Notes under the pieces: model-generated
Told to the model about the DNA's origin: nothing
What the model saw: only the letters and a program-made list of their open reading frames with translations
The model's database searches: none
Position numbers and translations under genes: made by a program
Assembly (NCBI GenBank): GCA_035472835.1
Contig: DATIOU010000175.1
Location: forward strand, 39,081 to 103,080
DNA: 64,000 nucleotides
Source of the DNA: Streptosporangiaceae bacterium
GTDB taxonomy: Bacteria > Actinomycetota > Actinomycetes > Streptosporangiales > Streptosporangiaceae
Direction: 5' to 3'
Part shown: positions 46,675-55,000 of the stretch, piece after piece
Layout of the letters: the number at the start of each line of letters is the position of its first letter
How positions within the stretch are numbered: the first letter of the stretch is position 1

Positions 46675-47451
46675 TCAGCTCCCTGCCTGGGCGGGTACGT
46701 CAAAGACCCGGTGGACCTTGTACTGCGCGGCCTGCGCGCGCGGCCGGATCACCATGAGGTCGACGTTGAAATGAGCGGGCCGCGTGACAGACCAGACGAC
46801 GGCGTCCGCGACATCGTCGGCGGTCAGGGGCTCAGCAACGCCCGCGTACACGGCCGCGGCCTTGTCGGCGTCGCCGCGGAACCGGTTGATCGCGAACTCG
46901 TCGGTCTTCACCATGCCAGGCGCTATCTCGATGACGCGGACGGGCTGGTCGAATAGTTCCAGGCGCAGCGTCTCGGCGAAAGCGTGCGTGCCGTGCTTCG
47001 CCACCGCGTAGCCTCCGCCGCCTTCGTAGCTGATGAGCCCCGCGGTCGAGCCCATCAGCACGACAGTTCCGGCCCCGCTCCGGATCAGCAGGCGCAGGAG
47101 CGCCTGTGTCACGTTCAGCGTGCCCAGGACGTTCACGTCGTACATGGCTTGCCAGTCGGCCGGTGAGCTCGCTGCCACGGTGTCGGCGCCGACCGCCCCG
47201 CCAGCATTGGCGAGCAGGACATCGCATCGGTCCAGCGACGCGGCGAACGCGTCGACGGCCGGACGGTCGGTGACATCGAGCTCGTGCACGGCAGCGCTGC
47301 CGCCATTGGCGCCGATCTGCGCAGCGACGTCGGCGAGCCGATCAACACGGCGCGCGGTCAGCGCGACGTGGTAGCCCGCTGCCGCGAGCCCGACGGCCGA
47401 GGCGGCGCCGATGCCGCTACTTGCTCCCGTGACGACTGCTACCCGATCCAT
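46675..47451 (-). CDS. SDR family oxidoreductase
   Basis: 'VAVVTGASSGIGAA' and 'YAVAKH' (YxxxK). Confidence 0.85.
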   Translation of the reverse strand: MDRVAVVTGASSGIGAASAVGLAAAGYHVALTARRVDRLADVAAQIGANGGSAAVHELDVTDRPAVDAFAASLDRCDVLLANAGGAVGADTVAASSPADWQAMYDVNVLGTLNVTQALLRLLIRSGAGTVVLMGSTAGLISYEGGGGYAVAKHGTHAFAETLRLELFDQPVRVIEIAPGMVKTDEFAINRFRGDADKAAAVYAGVAEPLTADDVADAVVWSVTRPAHFNVDLMVIRPRAQAAQYKVHRVFDVPAQAGS

Positions 47452-47531
47452 GCGGCGATTCTGTCAGCAGGCCGAGCAGGCCCGTCAGTAGGTCGGGCAA
47501 GAGCACGGCTGACCTCGTTTACGATCAAACC

Positions 47532-48179
47532 GTGGCAGCACTCCGGGGCGTGATCACTGATTGGGGCGGCGTGATGACCAGCCCCATTGCCGACAGCGTC
47601 AATGCCTGGCTGACCGCCGACGGCATCGACCGCGAGAGTTACGTCGCGGTCATGCGGCAGTGGCTGAAGCAGGCTTACTCCGACGGCGAAGATCACAACC
47701 CGATCCACGCGCTCGAGCGCGGCGACTGGACGGACGACGAATTCGAGCTGGCGCTGGCCAGGGAGCTTGTGCTGGAGAACGGCGGCCCGGTCGCCGGTCC
47801 GGGGCTGCTCGCCCGCATGTTCGCTGGGCAGACGCTCGACGAGGCGATGCTCGCCCTGTTCCGCAAGCTGAAGGCCAGCGGCGTGCCGACGGGGCTGCTA
47901 TCGAACTCGTGGGGCGGCGGTTATCCGACCGAGCTGTTCCCTGACATGTTCGACGCGGTAGTGATCTCGGGTGAGGTGGGGATGCGCAAGCCCGAGCCGC
48001 GCATCTTCCTGCACGCGGCGCAGTTGCTTGACGTGGCGCCCGAGGAGTGCGTGTTCATCGACGACATCCACGCGAACATCACGGCGGCCGAACAGCTCGG
48101 CTTCACCGGAGTGCTGCACAGCGCGGCCGCGGACACGGCGCAGCAGGTAGCGGACCTGCTCGGCGCCGCGCTCGGGTAG
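47532..48179 (+). CDS. HAD family hydrolase
   Basis: Motif I 'VITDWGGV', motif II 'LLSNS', and motif IV 'FIDD'. Confidence 0.8.
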   Translation: MAALRGVITDWGGVMTSPIADSVNAWLTADGIDRESYVAVMRQWLKQAYSDGEDHNPIHALERGDWTDDEFELALARELVLENGGPVAGPGLLARMFAGQTLDEAMLALFRKLKASGVPTGLLSNSWGGGYPTELFPDMFDAVVISGEVGMRKPEPRIFLHAAQLLDVAPEECVFIDDIHANITAAEQLGFTGVLHSAAADTAQQVADLLGAALG

Positions 48180-48242
48180 GCGGCCCAGCCCAGCGCGACC
48201 GCGGGCAAGAGCGACCCCGTTCCGGGCCGAATTTGGCTAGCC

Positions 48243-48686
48243 TTGGCGCTTGTGGCTGACTATCCGCACCCGGCTAGCCCGGGCCGTTCAGCCAATATGC
48301 GGGCCAACCGGCGCAAGGACACCAAGCCCGAATTGGCGTTGCGCCGGGCGCTCCATAGGCAGGGCTACCGCTATCGCAAGGACTACCGCGTGGATCTGGC
48401 CGGTGCGCGGGTGCGGCCCGACATTGCATTCACAGCCCGGCGGGTCGCGGTTTTCGTCGATGGCTGTTTCTGGCACTGCTGCCCGCAGCACGGCAGTCAG
48501 CCGGCCGCTAACACGTGGTACTGGCAGCCGAAGCTGGCCAGGAACGTGGCCCGTGACCGCGCGGCCGACGCTGCCCTCGAAGCTGCGGGCTGGAGCGTCG
48601 TGCGCGTCTGGGAGCATGAGTCGCTGGACTCGGCTGTCGCAGCCGTCGTCGCCGCGCTTGCTGGCTCAGATGCGGGGATTAGCTGA
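48243..48686 (+). CDS. vsr: very short patch repair endonuclease
   Basis: 'SANMRANRRKDTKPELALRRALHRQGYRYR..RPDIAF..VAVFVDGCFWHCCPQHG..NVARDR..GWSVVRVWEHE' aligns by eye with E. coli Vsr (SKNMRAI..RDT..E.., PDFV.., HGCFWH..). Confidence 0.85.
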   Translation: MALVADYPHPASPGRSANMRANRRKDTKPELALRRALHRQGYRYRKDYRVDLAGARVRPDIAFTARRVAVFVDGCFWHCCPQHGSQPAANTWYWQPKLARNVARDRAADAALEAAGWSVVRVWEHESLDSAVAAVVAALAGSDAGIS

Positions 48687-48746
48687 ACGGGGGATGGCCA
48701 GCCTGGCACACTCATAGGTCTATTCCGTAGCGCTTCGGGGCCTGTC

Positions 48747-49241
48747 GTGCGCGTCTATGTGCCTGCTACCTTGCCGGCCGTGGCCGAGATGCTGCGCGCC
48801 GGCGAGATCCATGGATCGCCGGTCCGCGGCTATGCAGTCACGCCCGCGCTGCGGGAGTGGTACTCAAGCGGTGATATCGAGGAACTTGAGTATGTCGCCA
48901 TGATGCACGCGGCCAGGGATTCACTGCGACTGCTCGCCGCGGATCCGCGCGCGCCACGGCGCCGGGTCGTCCTAGCGGTGGATGTCCGCGATGCCGAGGT
49001 GATGGCCGCGGCGGGGTTTGACGAGCCGGGTCAGGTCCAGCTGAGCGGGCCAGTCCCGGTTCGTGCGGTAGCCTCCGGGCTGGTTGATGACTCAGCGGCC
49101 GCCGCCAACCTCGCCGACGCGATCGCGGCGCTGCCCAGCGCCGCGGCGGGGGACGAGGACGCCCAGTTCATCGTGGATGGCGCCGACGGGCACGAGCTCC
49201 AGTGGTACGCAACTCAGGAGCTTGGCGACCTCACGTCCTGA
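48747..49241 (+). CDS. conserved hypothetical protein
   Basis: 164-aa ORF with good GC3 periodicity, 'MRVYVPATLPAVAEMLRAGEI...'. No motif recognised. Confidence 0.55.
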   Translation: MRVYVPATLPAVAEMLRAGEIHGSPVRGYAVTPALREWYSSGDIEELEYVAMMHAARDSLRLLAADPRAPRRRVVLAVDVRDAEVMAAAGFDEPGQVQLSGPVPVRAVASGLVDDSAAAANLADAIAALPSAAAGDEDAQFIVDGADGHELQWYATQELGDLTS

Positions 49242-49244
49242 AAC

Positions 49245-50021
49245 TCACCCGCCAGCCGCTGTGAGCCGGGTCGAGCTGGCTGCCGCTGGTTGTCTGGCGC
49301 CCCGCAAGCCGAGGGCGACGATCAGCGGAAATAGCCCTAGAGCGGTCGATGTGACGCGTTCGGCCAGGCCGAGGTCGCCGCCGCCAAAGCTGGCGAACAG
49401 CACCCAGCCCGACAAGACGGCGAAGAACGCCGTCACAGCCGTGCAGCCGTAGCTGCTCACGGCCCACGACGGCGCCGGCGGGCGCCTCGCGACGAAGATA
49501 GGCCAGATCGCCGTGGTGAAGACGCAACTCGTCGCGAAAGCGAGGTGGAGTGGCGACGGACCGGCTGCGGGCTCAGGCGTGCTCGCCACGCCGAACGTGC
49601 ATAGCCCGGTCACGACCAGGAGAACGCGAGCGGGCATGCCCACTTGACGCAGCCCGGCGGCCGTGACGAGCTGGGTCGCCCCCACCAGGACCAGCGCCGC
49701 GGTCATGATCCAAGGATGGGTGCCAGGCTCTCCGGCCAGCACGCTCATGGTCTGCTGTACGGGGTTGTAGGAGGTCGGCTGCAACGCGCCGCCCACAAGC
49801 CAGCCACCTACGAGCAACACCGGGCACAACGCGGCTGAGGCAACTGTCCAGCCGCGGACCGAAGGGCTAAGGCCGAGCGCAAAGGCTGCCGTATGCGTAG
49901 GCCGTCGAGCGCCAGACCTGGGCAATTCGGTCAATTCAGCCGACGTACCCGCTGAACGAGGTGTATCGCCGTCCCCCGCGATCCGGCTGGGCGCGTGGAC
50001 TGGCCGCACGAGCTGAGTCAT
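49245..50021 (-). CDS. DUF998-like integral membrane protein
   Basis: Six or seven hydrophobic helices and 'QPTSYNPVQQTMSVLAG', typical of DUF998. Confidence 0.65.
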   Translation of the reverse strand: MTQLVRPVHAPSRIAGDGDTPRSAGTSAELTELPRSGARRPTHTAAFALGLSPSVRGWTVASAALCPVLLVGGWLVGGALQPTSYNPVQQTMSVLAGEPGTHPWIMTAALVLVGATQLVTAAGLRQVGMPARVLLVVTGLCTFGVASTPEPAAGPSPLHLAFATSCVFTTAIWPIFVARRPPAPSWAVSSYGCTAVTAFFAVLSGWVLFASFGGGDLGLAERVTSTALGLFPLIVALGLRGARQPAAASSTRLTAAGG

Positions 50022-50221
50022 GGCGCCTCCCCGTTAGCCGCGTGTGACTCAAGCTGCCGGGCGCGCTTTCGGCCCGCTTCCAGGATAACCGCGGCGGCTC
50101 GGAGCGCCCGGCAGCCCCGCCCAGAGGCCGATGAGCAGGCCGACCAGCGCTGGCAGATTTGGGTGGTCATGGCACCATGGGTATGCCGCCACTGTCGTCG
50201 GATTCGCAAGGAGCGCTGGCC

Positions 50222-51850
50222 ATGGATGCTGTCACGAATGTCCCGGTTCCGGGCAACGAGGCGGTCAAGGGATACGCCCCTGGCAGCGCCGAACGCGCCA
50301 CGCTAGAGCAGACGATTAAGGACCTGGCGGGCGAGCGCGCCGACCTCACCATGACGATCGGCGGGCGTCAGGTGCACGGCGGCGGTGCGACGATCGACGT
50401 CGTCCAGCCACACAATCACCGGCACGTGCTCGGACAGCTCCGGAATGCGACCGATGCGGAAGTGACTGCCGCGATCGAAGCGGCCAGGGCGGCCGCGCCG
50501 GGCTGGCGGGCGCTCTCCTTCGACGACCGGGCTGCGATCTTCCTCAAGGCCGCTGACCTGCTGGCGGGCCCGTGGCGGCAGGTGATCAACGCCTCGACGA
50601 TCCTCGGCCAGTCCAAGTCGGTGTTCCAGGCCGAGATCGACGCTGCCTGCGAGCTGATCGACTTCTGGCGCTACAACGCGCACTACGGCCGGCGCCTGCT
50701 GTCTGAGCAGCCCGCGAACTCCCCCGGCACCTGGAACCGGATGGAGTACCGCCCGCTCGAGGGGTTCGTGCTGGCCATCACCCCGTTCAATTTCACGTCG
50801 ATCGCTGGGAACCTCCCGTCGGCTCCGGCGCTGATGGGCGACGTGGTGATCTGGAAGCCGTCGCCCACGCAGCAACTCTCGGCGCACTACCTGATGCGGC
50901 TCCTGGAGGCGGCAGGCCTGCCGCCCGGCGTGATCAACATGGTGACGGGCGACGGCGCCGCCGTGTCGAACGTCGCGCTTCGTCATCCGGACCTGGCCGG
51001 GATCCACTTCACTGGGTCGACCGGTACGTTCCAGCACCTCTGGCGGACCGTGGGGGAGAACATCGCCGCCTACCGTGGCTATCCCCGGCTGGTCGGCGAG
51101 ACGGGTGGCAAGGACTTCGTGATCGCGCACCCGTCAGCAGACCCAGGCGTCCTGGTCACGGCGCTCGTTCGTGGTGCTTTTGAGTACCAGGGCCAGAAGT
51201 GCTCGGCGGCGTCCCGGGCCTATGTGGCTCGCAGCGTCTGGGATCGGATGAAGGATCAGCTCATCGACACAGCGCAGTCCCTGACGATGGGAGATGTAGC
51301 CGCTGACCTGTCGCTGTTCATGGGCGCGGTGATCGACGAGCGGGCATTCGGTCGGCATCGCGACGCTCTGGCGCGAGCCGCTATCCGGCCGGCCATCTCG
51401 GTGCTCACCGGCGGAACTACCGACGATTCCGAAGGGTACTTCGTGCGGCCGACGGTGCTGACGTCGAGCGACCCGACAGACGAGGTTTTCACTCGCGAGT
51501 ACTTCGGCCCGATTCTCGGTGTGCACGTCTTCGATGACTCGCAGTATGACGCGGTGGTGACGCAAGCAGCCGACATCGCGCCATACGCGCTGACCGGGTC
51601 GATCATCGCTCAGGACCGCGGCGCCATCGCGCGCGCGACCGAGGCGCTGCGATACTCGGCCGGCAACTTCTACATCAACGACAAGCCGACTGGGGCGGTC
51701 GTTGGACAGCAGCCGTTTGGCGGCGCGCGGGCGAGCGGGACCAACGACAAGGCCGGCTCGATCTTCAACCTCATTCGCTGGGTCAACGCCCGGACCATCA
51801 AGGAGACCTTCGTGCCGCCGGCGGACCACCGGTACCCGCACATGGCCTAG
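50222..51850 (+). CDS. pruA: L-glutamate gamma-semialdehyde (1-pyrroline-5-carboxylate) dehydrogenase
   Basis: ALDH family, 'VGETGGKDF' and catalytic 'YQGQKCSAASR'. N-terminus 'MDAVTNVPVPGNEAVKGYAPGS' is typical of PruA. Start trimmed to ATG 50222. Confidence 0.9.
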   Translation: MDAVTNVPVPGNEAVKGYAPGSAERATLEQTIKDLAGERADLTMTIGGRQVHGGGATIDVVQPHNHRHVLGQLRNATDAEVTAAIEAARAAAPGWRALSFDDRAAIFLKAADLLAGPWRQVINASTILGQSKSVFQAEIDAACELIDFWRYNAHYGRRLLSEQPANSPGTWNRMEYRPLEGFVLAITPFNFTSIAGNLPSAPALMGDVVIWKPSPTQQLSAHYLMRLLEAAGLPPGVINMVTGDGAAVSNVALRHPDLAGIHFTGSTGTFQHLWRTVGENIAAYRGYPRLVGETGGKDFVIAHPSADPGVLVTALVRGAFEYQGQKCSAASRAYVARSVWDRMKDQLIDTAQSLTMGDVAADLSLFMGAVIDERAFGRHRDALARAAIRPAISVLTGGTTDDSEGYFVRPTVLTSSDPTDEVFTREYFGPILGVHVFDDSQYDAVVTQAADIAPYALTGSIIAQDRGAIARATEALRYSAGNFYINDKPTGAVVGQQPFGGARASGTNDKAGSIFNLIRWVNARTIKETFVPPADHRYPHMA

Positions 51851-51878
51851 AACCTGCGGTCGTGATTACCGGGCGTGC

Positions 51879-51935
51879 GTGCTGGCGGTGAGTGGAACTA
51901 ATGCGGCGTACCTTGCGTTAGTCGACCGCCAGCAC
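51879..51935. other. 11-bp perfect inverted repeat with 35-nt spacer downstream of pruA (possible terminator or structured element)
   Basis: GTGCTGGCGGT (51879-51889) pairs with ACCGCCAGCAC (51925-51935). The spacer contains an imperfect inner palindrome, TAATGCGGCGTACCTTGCGTTA. Confidence 0.3.
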
Positions 51936-52049
51936 CCGCAGCGCGGGCTGGCGCCGAGCGGCTCGCATGTTTGCCTCGTGCGTGGGCAGTTGAATTTGGG
52001 TCGTTCGGGCCTCAGGCGCCGGCCCGGCTGCGCGCAGTGGAGGAGACGC

Positions 52050-55000
52050 ATGACCGACTACGTGCACGGTTCTGGGCTAGATCAAGCCCAGGCCACGGAT
52101 CATGGCGCGGAGGACGCGCCGGATGGCGCCGAAGAGGCTGCGGATGCCTCGGAGAACGGAGACGGCGAGCAGGGCGGTTCTGGCCACGATGACCGCCGAA
52201 CGCACTTGATCGCCGCGGCGCAGGCGGGGTGGATCGATGCGCTGACCGATCTCGGTGGCCGCAACACGCTCCTGTACTACAAGGATCGGCGGGCGGGCAC
52301 ACTCGACCTCGGTGCCGCCGATCCGACGGTGCTTGACCGGTTCCTGCGGACCGGTTCAGCCCGGCTCACGCGCCTGTTCCACGACGTCGACGCCCGAGCC
52401 GATGCGATTCGCCGAGTCCAGGTCATTTACCGCAAGGCCCGCGAGCTCCAGGAAGAGCGGGGCATCCGGGTCGGCTTCCTCGCCGTCGGCATGGCGCGCT
52501 GGGATGAGCTCTTCCTCGAGCCGTGCGCTCCCGTGCTGCTACGCGGCCTGACGATCAATCCGACGAGGGCCCGGCACGACGACTTCGATCTCGTTCTGGA
52601 CGACGACTACGAGCTCAACCCGGTGCTGCTGCACAAGCTTGCTAGCGCGTTCGGCGCCGCAACAGACGACCTTGCGAAGGCGGACCCGGACAAGATCGAG
52701 GAGCTGCTAGCCAGGGCAGCTGGCGACGCCGAGGTGCCCGGCTTTCGCATCACGAACCGCATGGTCGTCGGCACCTTCACATACGCCAAGCTGCCGATGG
52801 TCCAGGATTTGCAGGTCGCGGGGGAGTTGCTCGGCGACAGCGACGTGGTGGCGGCCATCGCTGGCGATTCGGAGGCGCAGGAGTCCCTACGGGCCGACGA
52901 CAGCGCACCGCAGGCAGTGGACTCGCCCGAGCGTGACTACTCGGTGCTGGACGCGGACTCGTCGCAGCGCAACGCGATCGACGCCGTTCTGGCCGGCCGC
53001 AGCCTGGTCATCCACGGACCACCCGGTACCGGCAAGAGCCAGACCATCGCTAACCTCATCGCCGCGCTAGTGGCGAGGGGCCGGAAGGTGCTGTTCGTAG
53101 CCGAGAAGCGAGCGGCCATTGACGCCGTGCTGTCGCGTCTGAAGGGAGCCAGCCTGGGCGAGGTGGTCCTCGATATTCACGAGGGGACCAAGGATCGCGT
53201 GCGCATCGCGAGAGAACTCGGCGACGCGCTCGATGAGGCCCAGCGCACGCCGGAGCCGGACGTCGGCGATCTGCATCGTCGGCTGACCGACCGGCACAAG
53301 CGCCTGGCCCGCCACGTGTCTGCCTTGCACCAGCTGCACCAGCCGTGGGGCCTGACCCCGTTCCAGGTCCAGTCGGCGCTCCTCGGCGTGCCTGCCGAGG
53401 CTCGCGTTAACGTGCGACTTGCCAATCCTGAGCAGATCGGCAAGGAGCAGGCCGACCGAATCCGAGACGAGATCCGGGAGTTCGCCCATCTGGGCGGGTT
53501 CGCGCTTCGGCCGGGCACCACGCCGTGGTTCGGTGCCAGGCTGCGCGACCGCGAGGATGCGCGGCGCGCGTGCGAGCTGGCCGTCCGCCTCAGCAGTCGA
53601 AGCTTGCCATTGCTGCTGGATCGCGTCGCCAAGGCGGCGGCGGAAGTCGGCCTGCGGCCGCCACGTGCGTATCCGGATGCGGCGGCAGTGATGCTGCTGC
53701 TTGCCAGCGTTCAGGCAACTGCGCGACTATTCGGCGTTAGCGTCTACGCCGCCGATCCGGCCCGGCTGGCGGCCGCGACTAGCGACGGGGCTGGCCTCAA
53801 TTTCCGCGAACGGCGCGCACTGCGCAAGCAGGCCCGGGCGCTCGCGGGCGCAGGCGCCCTCGCCTCCGGGCGGTCTGGGCCAACAGGAGAGCTGACCGAT
53901 CAGCAGCTGTCAGCCGTGCTGTCAACTGCAGCCGGTGAGCTACGCGAATGGCTGGAGCTGCGGACCGACGGCGGCCTGCCGCGACTGCCACGACACATGC
54001 CTGAGCTGGTGACGCTGTTTGCCGATTGCCAGGGTCAGCTCGACGCTCTCGGTGAGGTCGTGAGTCTGCCCGCGGATCCGGCGCCGCTGCTGGCGGAGCT
54101 CGCGGCCGATCAGGACACGGCGTGGCGGCTGCCGAGACTCTACGAGCTGGCCAACACATTCGGGGACTTGTATCTGGGGGCGCTGATCGATGAGCTGGCT
54201 CGCCGTGAGGCTGGGCCAGACCTCGCCGCGGGCGCCTTCGAGCACGCTTGGTACTCGGCGATCCTCGACCACATGCGGGTACTGGACCCGCGCTACGCGG
54301 CTGATCGCGGCGACGCCCTGGACGAAATCGCCGGCGACTTCCGCGTGCACGACGTCGAGCACCTCGTCGCTAACCGCGCGAGGGTGCGGCGGGCTTGGGC
54401 AGAGTCCCTGCTCGAGGCCTGTGACCACCATCCGCTGCAAGCCAGGGTCGTGCGCAAGCAAGCGGCCCTCCGGCGTCGTCATCTGCCGCTGCGGCGGCTG
54501 CTCGACCAGGCCAGCGACATACTTTTCGCGATCAAACCGTGCTGGGCGATGTCACCGCTGATGGTCAGTCAGGTGCTGCCCGCCGCCAGGGTGTTCGACG
54601 TGGTGATCTTCGACGAAGCGAGCCAGATTGTGCCCGCCGATGCCATTCCGGCGATCATGCGTGGCCACCAGATCGTGGTCGCCGGGGACGACCGGCAGCT
54701 GCCGCCGACCAACTTCTTCCGCCAGGTCGGCGACCCGGACGACGACGGCGATGAGGAGGACGAGACGTTCGTGTCATTCGGCGCTGGTTTCGAATCGGTG
54801 CTGGATGCGCTCCGGCCGCTGCTCCCGACCGCGCCGCTGACGTGGCACTACCGAAGCCGCGACGAGCGCCTGGTTGCGTTCTCGAACAGCCGCATCTATG
54901 GCGGCGCGCTCACGACATTCCCTGGTGTACTCCGCGACGACTGCCTGCGGCACGTCGTCGTGGCCCAGGGTCCTGGCTCTGGTCAGGAGACTTCCGTTGA

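Noticed and set aside
51702-52049. N-terminal 116-aa extension of the helicase ORF (track start 51702)
   Set aside because: The extension overlaps the pruA 3' end in another frame and is Arg/Pro-rich. A well-placed GGAGGAGA plus ATG at 52050 starts the plausible protein.
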